Assembly: GCA_963666975.2 (NCBI GenBank)
Contig: CAXVYR010000003.1
Location: 1,152,001 to 1,216,000, forward strand
Length of the DNA: 64,000 bases
Reading direction: 5' to 3'
Origin: Terriglobia bacterium
GTDB taxonomy: Bacteria > Acidobacteriota > Terriglobia > 2-12-FULL-54-10
In this document: positions 21,498 through 30,046 of the stretch, one piece after another
Numbering within the stretch: the first letter of the stretch is position 1
How the letters are laid out: each line of letters starts with the position of its first letter
The notes under the pieces: model-generated
Databases searched by the model: none
What the model was told of the DNA's origin: nothing
The model's input: the letters and a program-made list of their open reading frames with translations, nothing else
Program-made: the position numbers and the translations under genes

Positions 21498-21804
21498 CGA
21501 ATCTTGAAAAGTTGAATAAAATTCAAATCACCACCCCGTTGTTTAGGGCAGCATTGCTCAATCCGAATTATACCCCGTTTGTTCGGCAACCAGGATAGCA
21601 AAGCGGGGCCACACAAGCCCAGGACGACGCAGGAGCCGCGTTGCGGGCCAATTCTGCGCGATTGCGGGCTATTCCTGCATACAACGCGGGTACGCGGTTC
21701 CCTTCTGCCACAGACCAGCATCGAAGTCATGGAAGCAGTTGAAATATCTCAACCAGACTACAAAGGCATCCTGCGCAGCTTCCTGATTGCACCGCCAGCA
21801 AATG

Positions 21805-22449
21805 CTAATCGAGCGGCGGCAAATAGCGGAACCGTGTGGCCTTCCTGGTTACGGGTCCCCCCTTTTCCACGAGATGGAGAATGCCCAGCCTTCGGAGCCC
21901 TTTCAGCCAATCATTTGCAGTTGTTTGGCTTCCCAGATCGAACAATTGCTGCACCGTTCTACAAGCCAAGTAAAAAGGTTTCTCCCCGCTCTTCCTCTGT
22001 AGCTCCCGGCAAATTGTAACCAAGAGAATGATTCGTGGGTCTGCAAACTGAAGTGCTACTTGTGGTGGGCTGACTTTCTTCGCGGTTTCCAGGATTTGAT
22101 TCATTGAGCTTTCCCCGAGCGGTATTCTAGCATCCTCCCATGCGGCCAGGAATTCCAAGAAATATTCATCCCGTGTTTGGTCTGGCTTCAGAAACGGTTC
22201 CGCGTTTCTATGCCACAGGTCAAAGGCGTTTCTAAGAACGTCGTTCGACAGCGCCTCGTTGGGCGGCAGTTTTTCCTCTGTCCGCCAATGATCCTGAAGT
22301 GCGAGCAATGCCCTTGTCAATCTGAAAAGAAAGTCATGATTTTGGCGCTTTTCAGTTGGCATTGATGCTCTGACTGCCTGCTCTATCGAGTAAATTGCAG
22401 TCGGCGAAGTTGGATTATTTTTCTTTCTACTCCCCCCATTCCCCACCAC
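21805..22449 (-). CDS. C-terminal half of a prim-pol replication protein (wHTH-like)
   Basis: Overlaps the upstream prim-pol ORF; PFYLACR...WL..L...GIL..V..G. Confidence 0.6.
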   Translation of the reverse strand: MVGNGGSRKKNNPTSPTAIYSIEQAVRASMPTEKRQNHDFLFRLTRALLALQDHWRTEEKLPPNEALSNDVLRNAFDLWHRNAEPFLKPDQTRDEYFLEFLAAWEDARIPLGESSMNQILETAKKVSPPQVALQFADPRIILLVTICRELQRKSGEKPFYLACRTVQQLFDLGSQTTANDWLKGLRRLGILHLVEKGGPVTRKATRFRYLPPLD

Positions 22450-23005
22450 ATTTGTGCCATCTATACCTCTGTACCCTCTGTCCCTCTATACCCTCTGTCC
22501 CCTCTGTACACCTGGCCCAAGTCTGCGATAATCCGGCGAGATTGGGGTCAACGATTGGAATCTCACCGGATGGCTCACGGATCCAGCTGTAAATTGGGCC
22601 GTCCGGGTGTCTGGACGGGGGCAGGAGGCAATATCCGCCTTCCCCGCGAAGCTCACCATCTTCGAATTTGTGGGTTCTTACTGCCTTCGCCCGAAAATAT
22701 ACGTGAAATCCTCGCGCCGTTTGCACCGTGGGCAGCGTGGCGGCGTAACCGGGGAATTTCCTTGCCCAGGCTCGGTATGCTTCCACACGGTCAAAATCGC
22801 GGCAACAAAGGTCCCCGGACACCGACCCCAGGATCACAGCCAGTCCTGTGACTTTGGGCGATGAAAAACGTCTGGCGATTTCTCCCGGCCCCATCGGAGT
22901 TGTCTGGTATGGCTTCCAGCTTCTGATGGTTGGCTTCTTGCCTCGGACGGGGATGACCGAGAAGCCTAACCGGGCATACTCAAGAGCGTGCTCTCTGAAC
23001 TCCAT
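22427..23005 (-). CDS. Bifunctional DNA primase/polymerase, N-terminal domain
   Basis: ALEYARLGFSVIPV, DFD, TVQTARGFHVYF, GELRGEGGYCLLPPSRHPDG. Confidence 0.9.
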   Translation of the reverse strand: MEFREHALEYARLGFSVIPVRGKKPTIRSWKPYQTTPMGPGEIARRFSSPKVTGLAVILGSVSGDLCCRDFDRVEAYRAWARKFPGYAATLPTVQTARGFHVYFRAKAVRTHKFEDGELRGEGGYCLLPPSRHPDGPIYSWIREPSGEIPIVDPNLAGLSQTWARCTEGTEGIEGQRVQRYRWHKCGGEWGE

Positions 23006-23029
23006 TTCGTCAGCAGGTGTGCCCTCCGG

Positions 23030-23221
23030 TTAATTTGCTTTTGGGGTCCTGCTCTTGCCGCGCTCGATCAACTGCCGTAGAGCCTCAGGCTCAACCAGCA
23101 CACGGCGGCCTAAGCGGATGGAAGGGAGCTTGCCCTCCGCAATCATCTTCCGCAGGGTCCAGTGGCTCAGGCCGACGGTCTCCCCGGCCTCCCGCAATCC
23201 CAGTGCAAGTTTCGGTTCCAT
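23030..23221 (-). CDS. Excisionase-family HTH protein
   Basis: LREAGETVGLSHWTLRKMIAEGKLPSIRLGRRVLV. Confidence 0.85.
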   Translation of the reverse strand: MEPKLALGLREAGETVGLSHWTLRKMIAEGKLPSIRLGRRVLVEPEALRQLIERGKSRTPKAN

Positions 23222-23293
23222 TCAAGACCTCCCTAAAAAATCCATTGACTAATATAGACCAACTGGTTTACAGTTGTTCTTAGGAGTCCCAAG

Positions 23294-23555
23294 TTGGACT
23301 CAGGAGTCTATATTATGAAATCCAAGCGCAAAGGTCAAGAAAAAAAGAAAAGTGCCCCGGACCGGCTTCGGGTCTTTGACCGAAACCAGATCGCTGAAAT
23401 CCTTGGTATTGCTCCTGCGCTAGTCAGAAACTGGAGCACAGGAAAGCCATTCGAAATCAATGCGTCTGTGCGCGCTCCAGGGAAGCGGGGATCAGTAAAT
23501 CTCTATCGGCTTGAGGACGTTTACCTATTTGGGTTAGTCCAGGAATTGGTCGCTG
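23294..23555 (+). pseudogene. Divergent HTH regulator, 3'-truncated
   Basis: FDRNQIAEILGIAPALVRNW...LYRLEDVY; runs into an antisense kinase fragment. Confidence 0.55.
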
Positions 23556-23994
23556 CCTTGATGTTGGCGGGTTTCAAGTGGCCATGCACGAAACCGTTGC
23601 TGTGGACGAAAGCAAGGGCGTCCAGAGTAGGCACGAGCATCTCGCGTGCTTCCTCTGGCGTGAGCGGTCGGTCTGAAAGAACTTGCGACAGGTTTTCTTC
23701 GGCGTACTCCATCACCATGTAGAGCAGCTCCATGTTGCCCGGCTGGCACCTCCCCATCTGGAAGAGCCGGATCAAGTGAGGATGAGATAGTTGCGCAGTT
23801 AGCTTCCACCGGGAGAGTTGAAGTTTCGCGTTTTGTGAATCTGCCGGAATGAGTTTGATCGCGGCTTGTTGAAATTCCCGCTCACCGTACTCCGTCAGGA
23901 ACACAGCGCTGCGTTCGCTGCCACCCAAGTACTGGCGCAGAGGAAACTTCCCATTAACGACTTGGCCTTCCCACTGTTTCGGGGGCTCGGTCAT
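23556..23994 (-). pseudogene. Ser/Thr kinase-like N-terminal fragment
   Basis: AAIKLI, LSHPHLIRL, VMEYAEENL, VHGHLKPANI, then an abrupt end. Confidence 0.8.
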
Positions 23995-24364
23995 TGCTTC
24001 CCCTCTATCGGCTCACTTCTGTCAAGACTATTCTATACGAGCACCCGCAGGAATGATTACCCGAGAAAGAGTGTCTTGGTACCCTCATGGATCTTGAATT
24101 TAAGACCTTCGGGTTAGCAGGCAGGGAAAAGCTGCGCTTCGCGGTCCAGAAACGGCGTTGTGGGAAATAACCCCTGACTAGTCGTTAGCGTTGCTCGGGA
24201 GCGCCTCGGTGCAGTGAGGTGGGGAAGGGGGCAGACGTTTTTCCGAGGCGCTTTCGATAACGGGGCAATAAGTCAATTGGGCTTCGGCGAGGGAAAGGCT
24301 GCTGCAAGCACTTGGTTTGAATGGAGTTGGACGCGTTTTCCCGGATAGGTCCTGTGTAGTCGCC

Positions 24365-24428
24365 TAGTATTTACCAATCCGGCGGTCAAGAATAGGTCGC
24401 TACTACGCCGTTACTCAGGAGTAATCGT
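24365..24428 (+). repeat. Recombination-site-like repeat, copy 3
   Basis: TACTACGCCGTTACTCAGGAGTAATCGT, inverted relative to 4703-4730; similar to 16435-16493. Confidence 0.8.
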
Positions 24429-24494
24429 AGTGAACGCATCTTCTGTTTCAGACGCTCACGTTAGCCCGCGGGGGCCGCACCAGCATAACTTTCC

Positions 24495-25061
24495 TCAGCC
24501 TTTGGGACTGCCTGCAAACTCAAAGAGCGCCTTCCTGATTTCAGTCGTCAGAATTTCGTGAACCCTGTGCGTATCGCTCTCGGCCGCGAGCATCGCCGCC
24601 ACGCGCTCTGGAATGTTCAGCATCCTGTCCCGGATCGTGCGAGATTTATTGAACGCGAGCTTTTTAATATCTGACATCCGAACGAGATCGCCCATCCGCT
24701 CCTCGTAGTCGAGGCGCGCCATGCTGGCGCGATAATGTTCGCGAATCGCCCTATATGAAGCATAGCCGTCATCAGCAGTAGGTGCCGGCGGAGCTACCGG
24801 CGCCAGCTCTGGTTCTGCAGATTTCTTTTTTCCATTTCTTGCTGCCGTGGCATTCGGAGGTCGCCGCTGTTGCTGTACCGGCCGCGGTGCTGTATTCCGC
24901 ATCCAGTCCTCATCTGCTTTTTTTGCATCGATCAGACCCTTTTGGTTTTTTTTGATGCGACCGGACAGGATCGCTTTTTGAACCGCCCTATGGGTAACAC
25001 CTCGACGTTTGGCGTAAGCCCTTTGGCTGACCAGTTCCGCAGTTTCTTCAACACCTTTCAT
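24495..25061 (-). CDS. Terminase small subunit (Nu1-like)
   Basis: SQRAYAKRRGVTHRAVQKAI.SGRI wHTH; YEERMGDLV...IRDRMLNIPERVA. Confidence 0.75.
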   Translation of the reverse strand: MKGVEETAELVSQRAYAKRRGVTHRAVQKAILSGRIKKNQKGLIDAKKADEDWMRNTAPRPVQQQRRPPNATAARNGKKKSAEPELAPVAPPAPTADDGYASYRAIREHYRASMARLDYEERMGDLVRMSDIKKLAFNKSRTIRDRMLNIPERVAAMLAAESDTHRVHEILTTEIRKALFEFAGSPKG

Positions 25062-25089
25062 CCCTCAACTATAATCCATTATCTGCGCC

Positions 25090-25186
25090 GGCTACCAGCG
25101 GCTACCGGCTACCTCTTTTTTGGGTGAGACGCTAGCGATATTGTGCCATCTTCTCACCCGATCTCGTTTTCAGCCAGGAAGGACCC
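25090..25186 (-). other. cos-like packaging site
   Basis: GGGTCCT (lambda cosQ heptamer) followed by TCCTGG, 120 bp upstream of terS; three GGTAGCC repeats lie between them. Confidence 0.5.
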
Positions 25187-25296
25187 GCGATGTCGACCAC
25201 TACTAAGAATTGCGCCCATTCGCGAGCTGTTTAGGCTCTCGGCATTGGCTACAAACCGGCCGCCTAACAGGCGAAGCCCCGTATATTCGCACCGAT

Positions 25297-25593
25297 TCAT
25301 TGGAGTTTCTCCGTTTCCGGTTCCCACGCCGTCCAATCAATCGGTTTTCCTTTCGGCGGATGGATGAACCGCTCTCTGCTATCTATCACGCCGATCGAGT
25401 AGCATCCGCCACACTTGTCTGAGTCGAGACAGCAAGCCAGCGCCGCGATGATCTGCCCCTTGTGCCACTTCATAGCCTCCAGTAGGTCTGGCGTCAGCGT
25501 GCCCTTCGGAGCACGGTAGCGGATTTGATTTCCCTGCGCCTCCAAGATGATGCCACGCCACTGTATTTCTCGTAAAACGTCCGTTGCGCTCAC
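25297..25593 (-). CDS. Small TubC-N-like protein
   Basis: GIILEAQGNQIRYRAPKGTLTPDLLEAMKWHK; 4-bp overlap with the helicase stop. Confidence 0.7.
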   Translation of the reverse strand: MSATDVLREIQWRGIILEAQGNQIRYRAPKGTLTPDLLEAMKWHKGQIIAALACCLDSDKCGGCYSIGVIDSRERFIHPPKGKPIDWTAWEPETEKLQ

Positions 25594-27308
25594 ACGGATC
25601 CTTCCTCGAATAGCTGTTCTCCCTCTGAATTAGATATAGCGGGAAAATTTGCGTTTTTTTCGTGCTTTGCGTTCCCCCTATTGATTTCACTGGGTTTATC
25701 GCAGAACGCAAAATTGGACGGATTCGCTATTTGCATGTCGGGTTGAATTTGCGTGCCGACTTGCGGATTACGGGATGTTGCTTCCTCTGTTTGACCTACG
25801 GACTCTGCGGAACCCGGGAACGTAAGAAACGCAGAATTCCGCGACTTCTCTATACGAATGCTGCGCTTCGGACCGTCCATCTTGATGTCTATGCCGATCT
25901 GCCGAAGGTTTGGAGCCAGTCGGCGTAGACAACCGGACAATGCTCGGCCGTTTTTCGGCCAGGACCTCTCACGCCGTGTTTGGTCACTCACTTTCTGGTT
26001 CAGGAGTGTCAGGAGGTCGGTTGCAGTTCCCATGAACCGCTCGTCACTTGCCATAAGAAGCTTCATCGCTTGTGGCACAGGCGAAGCATCCAGAACTAGT
26101 TCATTTGCTGATTCACGATTGCCGTGGTAGGCATCCATAAATGAAGCCCCGCTCACGCCGAAAGCTGACTCGGCGGCTGTACCCCAGGCCGCGAAGTCCG
26201 CCATCCGGGGCGATTCTTTTAGGTGTGTAGTGGGCAGTCTCCGCAGTGCAGTACTAACAGCATCCAGGATGGTTCCGAGCAATTCAGGGCGGGCTTTCTG
26301 AAAATCCCTCCAGAACTCAGCCTCTCGCTTCCTCTTCTCGTCCGAGATCTGTGGCAAGTACAGAATCAGCGCCCGGTCCAAGAGGTCGCCACGAGTGGCA
26401 AGCTCCTCGATTCCATTCAGAATGACGGGCCGTGTCGCATCAAACAGAACTTCCTCACTGTCCGTATACAATTCTCGCGTACTAAAGCCACCGCCGGTCG
26501 CAAGGCGGCAGAGTGCATCTGAGAACCACGGCTGCAGGTGAGACAGGTTGTCGAAGGCTAGCATCCATGAGTTGGTGGCGGCGATGATGAGATCCCTTGC
26601 ATTGCGAGGCTCTGAGCGCAGCGGAGCGACGTTCGGATCAATCAGTTCTCGCAGGAGACGTTCCAGCGTGCTCTTTGCACTCCCTTGTTCCCCGTGCAGA
26701 ACCAGGACAGGGTATGGACCACGCGCCCGGAACGCTGCCACCAGAAAGCTCAGTACTAGCACCCAAGCGGCATCATCCGGGATGTTTGCGAAGGTCCGCA
26801 GTGCGCCCATACCGCATCCTCTTTCGGGAATCGGCAGAGGTAGCATTCCCCTCCGCCTAATGAAGCGCACGGGCGGCTTGTCAATCGGTTTCCATCCTTC
26901 CGCATCCACGCGAACCGATTGCCAGGCGTCATTCACTAGGTCTAGGTAGATCACATCATCGTCTCCGGCGATGCGCACAAAGACGCGCCGCTCCTGGCCT
27001 TGGAAGATGGCCTTTGCCGCAATCGTGTTGACAGCATTCTGGAATGCCTGTGTGCTGGGAGCTTTTCCCGTCAAACGATAGAACTGCCATCGCAGCCACT
27101 TGCCGAAGCCTCCCGACTTAACGGGCCAATTTTCGCAATGGTCTTTCACAGGCACGGTCGCGTAGGGTTCTCCAGATGGGCTATAGAATAGTTCCACGTC
27201 CTCGCTGTCGGCGATGGCAATGAGTTTGTCGGCTTGGGATTCCCGCTTGTTGCCACCGACAGCGTTTTCGATTATTCGCATGGCAGTGTACAGGTCCTGA
27301 TTGCTCAT
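25590..27308 (-). CDS. P-loop replicative helicase-like ATPase
   Basis: Walker A GEQGSAKS, FDN, RELYTDSEE, ILNGI, DLLDR, PRMADF. Confidence 0.8.
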   Translation of the reverse strand: MSNQDLYTAMRIIENAVGGNKRESQADKLIAIADSEDVELFYSPSGEPYATVPVKDHCENWPVKSGGFGKWLRWQFYRLTGKAPSTQAFQNAVNTIAAKAIFQGQERRVFVRIAGDDDVIYLDLVNDAWQSVRVDAEGWKPIDKPPVRFIRRRGMLPLPIPERGCGMGALRTFANIPDDAAWVLVLSFLVAAFRARGPYPVLVLHGEQGSAKSTLERLLRELIDPNVAPLRSEPRNARDLIIAATNSWMLAFDNLSHLQPWFSDALCRLATGGGFSTRELYTDSEEVLFDATRPVILNGIEELATRGDLLDRALILYLPQISDEKRKREAEFWRDFQKARPELLGTILDAVSTALRRLPTTHLKESPRMADFAAWGTAAESAFGVSGASFMDAYHGNRESANELVLDASPVPQAMKLLMASDERFMGTATDLLTLLNQKVSDQTRRERSWPKNGRALSGCLRRLAPNLRQIGIDIKMDGPKRSIRIEKSRNSAFLTFPGSAESVGQTEEATSRNPQVGTQIQPDMQIANPSNFAFCDKPSEINRGNAKHEKNANFPAISNSEGEQLFEEGSV

Positions 27309-27838
27309 GCCTCCTCCTGCCGCTTGTGCAGAAATTCTCGATAGAGCACTGAGCCGTTGCCCTCCAATCCACAGAGCTGCTCATAGCGGGCTTCAGCCCG
27401 CTCCTGCCACGCGGAGATAGATTGCAGTTTCTCCCAGAGTTTCTCATCCACATGCTGCCCCGTTGCCAACTGCTGTCGCACGATCTGCCGCCAGTCAAGT
27501 TCGTAACGGCCGAGGTCACGGAGCAAAGCCGCCGTCTGGATTCGCTGCCGTCGTGTCCACTCAAGAAACCGCTCAGCCATTTCACGGATCAAACGCCGCC
27601 CGCGTACTTGCGACGGAGTCGGTTTAGGTGATTCGATTCGCAGCTCGCGTTCCAACGTCCGTCGGTTCCCCTTCCAGCCACAGCGATGACAGAAGAAAAG
27701 TTCGCGCTCAAGGTTAGCCGACAGCGTCCAGGATTTCCCTTCGCAATGGCCGCAGCGCCATTTCCCGCGCTCCCGGCGTGGTCGTTCCGCGCCGTCGCGC
27801 TGTAGTAGTTCAGTAAAAGGGACTACCTGAGAAATCAT
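27305..27838 (-). CDS. Primase-type zinc-ribbon protein
   Basis: CGHC...CHRC.WKG followed by a helical region; translationally coupled on both sides. Confidence 0.7.
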   Translation of the reverse strand: MISQVVPFTELLQRDGAERPRRERGKWRCGHCEGKSWTLSANLERELFFCHRCGWKGNRRTLERELRIESPKPTPSQVRGRRLIREMAERFLEWTRRQRIQTAALLRDLGRYELDWRQIVRQQLATGQHVDEKLWEKLQSISAWQERAEARYEQLCGLEGNGSVLYREFLHKRQEEA

Positions 27839-28062
27839 TTCCCCGCAGCCTTCACCGGGATTGTGTTCTCCCGGATGATGCGCTCGATCTCTTGTTCTGG
27901 GATTCGGACAGATCGTCCGATCTTTGCGTAAGAGATTTTTCTTCGCAGCACCCAGGCCCGAAGAGTTGAAACCCTCAAGCCGAGCCGCTCAGCTGCCTGC
28001 TCTACCGTGAGCATTCTTGCGTACCTCCCGAAAAGTGCTTGCCTGCCGGTCTGCATTGGCAT
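27835..28062 (-). CDS. Excisionase-family HTH protein
   Basis: LTVEQAAERLGLRVSTLRAWV..RKI...KIGRSVRI. Confidence 0.9.
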   Translation of the reverse strand: MPMQTGRQALFGRYARMLTVEQAAERLGLRVSTLRAWVLRRKISYAKIGRSVRIPEQEIERIIRENTIPVKAAGK

Positions 28063-28097
28063 TACTATCTATACCCGCTGATTATATACAGTGATTA

Positions 28098-28820
28098 TTG
28101 TCTAGCACAATATCAACCATGAACTCGGGTGGGAATATGCACTTGCAAACTCTAGCAAAAACAGCGGGCATCACAACGGCCAAGGCCGAAAGATTCCTGC
28201 TGGAGTTAGCCAATCTGCGCCCCTCCAAGGAGGCGCATGGCCGTCTTCTGAAACGATTCCCAGAATTCCTGCCTGAGTTCCTCCATGATCCGAAAATAGC
28301 CGAACGCCTTCGGGATTGGATTCTTAGTTTCGATTCCCACGGCGCACACGGTTTCATTTTGAAAGAGCGCAACGTGTTAATTGACGGCCACGTAGTGATC
28401 TTTGGGAGAAAAACGCTCAACGAAACCTGGGAAGCGTCCAAGTCAATATTCCTGATCTTTCTTTCGGCGGTGTTTCTTCCAGATATTTGGGCTTCCACTG
28501 ATTTGCGAGCGGTTCAATGGAAGATATTCGGTATGCGGTTCTTCTCTAGAGGACCTACAGATAGCAACACATTTTTGCAAGCTGTACTAGACCCACCTCC
28601 ACCAAACCCTTTTGAGGTAGCGATGCTGTACCTATGGGAAAATTTTCACCGCACAAAGCAATGTAAGAGTCCGAGTTGCAAAGTGACGCCTTACTTTTTC
28701 GCAAAGAAAAAGGGACAGGAGTATTGCGGTGAACTCTGCGCTGCCGAGGCGCAGCGGGAATACAAACGCCAGTGGTGGGCCGAGCACGGCAAGCAATGGA
28801 GAAAGGAGCGTAAGAAATGA
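28098..28820 (+). CDS. Hypothetical regulator with C-terminal CGNR-like zinc finger
   Basis: CKSPSC...YFFAKKKGQEYCGELC; divergent from xis; overlaps the integrase start (ATGA). Confidence 0.65.
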   Translation: MSSTISTMNSGGNMHLQTLAKTAGITTAKAERFLLELANLRPSKEAHGRLLKRFPEFLPEFLHDPKIAERLRDWILSFDSHGAHGFILKERNVLIDGHVVIFGRKTLNETWEASKSIFLIFLSAVFLPDIWASTDLRAVQWKIFGMRFFSRGPTDSNTFLQAVLDPPPPNPFEVAMLYLWENFHRTKQCKSPSCKVTPYFFAKKKGQEYCGELCAAEAQREYKRQWWAEHGKQWRKERKK

Positions 28821-29959
28821 GCGTCTATCGTAGGGGGCAGGTTTGGTGGTATGAGTTTCGATTTTGCGGACAATTTATCCGGGAGTCCTCCAAAAGCACC
28901 TCAAAAACAGTTGCCCGTGAGGCGGAGAGGCAGCGACGCCGACAATTGGAAAACGGCTACAACCGGATCCCCCCCAAGGAACGGGTTCGGATGTTTAGTT
29001 CAGCGGCCAGTGTATGGCTGGAGACCGAGAAGTTTCATTTCGCCCCCAAGACGACGGAACTATACGCCCTGTCCATCACCCACCTGAAACGTAAGTTCGG
29101 CAGGATGCTTCTCTCCGACATTTCAGCCGATGACATCTCGCGCTACCAATCCCACCGGATGGGGCAAAAAGCCGCTGGCCGCACTATCAACATGGAAACT
29201 GGAGTGCTCCGACAGATCATGCGAAAACACAAGCTCTGGGGAGCAATTTGCGATGATGTGAAGTCCATGAAAGAGCGGCGCGATGTTGGCAGGGCGCTTA
29301 GCCCCGATGAGGAAGCCTCACTCCTACAGGCCACCGCCGACAGAAGGTACAAGGACTCCCAGCTCTACGTCATTGTGGTGTTGGCTAAACACGACAGGAA
29401 ATCAAGATGCTGTGCTGCGCTAAACACGACAATGTGTAGTAAGGAAATCAAGATGCTGTGCTGGTCCCAAATCGACCTGATAAACCGCACTGCAATCGTC
29501 GGGAAGGGTAAGACGGATGCCAGGACTGGCCGGGTGATTCCGCTGAATCAGTCGGCGGTTGCGGCCCTAACCTATTGTGGCAACTGGAGGGCTGACGCGA
29601 AGCCTGACCACTACGTCTTTCCTGCTTGTGAGAACCACAAAATTAATGCCAGCCGCCCGATAAAGAGCTTCCGCACCGCTTGGAGAAACGCAACCAAGAA
29701 AGCAGGATTGGCAGGACTGCGTTTCCACGATCTGCGTCATACGGCTATAACAAAGCTGGCCGAAACTGCTGCCAGCGAGCAGACCATCATGAGCATCACA
29801 GGGCACGTCAGCCGGAAGATGCTGGAGCACTATTCACATATTCGGATGGATGCCAAGAGGAAGGCCCTGGACGCTATCGCTCAACCTGTTTTTCAGCAGG
29901 GGTACTACCAAAAGTCCACACAATCTGAAAAACTGGTAAAAGTGGGTCGCCCTAACTAA
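28817..29959 (+). CDS. Tyrosine integrase (probably inactive)
   Basis: FHDLRHT, TGH, HYSH; N-terminal arm-binding-like region; adjacent to a tRNA 3' end. Confidence 0.9.
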   Translation: MSVYRRGQVWWYEFRFCGQFIRESSKSTSKTVAREAERQRRRQLENGYNRIPPKERVRMFSSAASVWLETEKFHFAPKTTELYALSITHLKRKFGRMLLSDISADDISRYQSHRMGQKAAGRTINMETGVLRQIMRKHKLWGAICDDVKSMKERRDVGRALSPDEEASLLQATADRRYKDSQLYVIVVLAKHDRKSRCCAALNTTMCSKEIKMLCWSQIDLINRTAIVGKGKTDARTGRVIPLNQSAVAALTYCGNWRADAKPDHYVFPACENHKINASRPIKSFRTAWRNATKKAGLAGLRFHDLRHTAITKLAETAASEQTIMSITGHVSRKMLEHYSHIRMDAKRKALDAIAQPVFQQGYYQKSTQSEKLVKVGRPN

Positions 29960-29969
29960 CTGAAAAAAC

Positions 29970-30046
29970 TGGCGGGGCCGACGAGACTCGAACTCGCGAC
30001 CTCCTGCGTGACAGGCAGGCGTTCTAACCAACTGAACTACGGCCCC
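29970..30046 (-). tRNA. tRNA-Asp(GTC)
   Basis: GGGGCCGTAGTTCAGTTGGTTAGAACGCCTGCCTGTCACGCAGGAGGTCGCGAGTTCGAGTCTCGTCGGCCCCGCCA folds as a full cloverleaf with CCA. Confidence 0.97.

Noticed and set aside
4340-29970. Duplicated tRNA-Asp 3' end marking the far att site
   Set aside because: I could not find a convincing copy by eye, so the island's left boundary is not defined.
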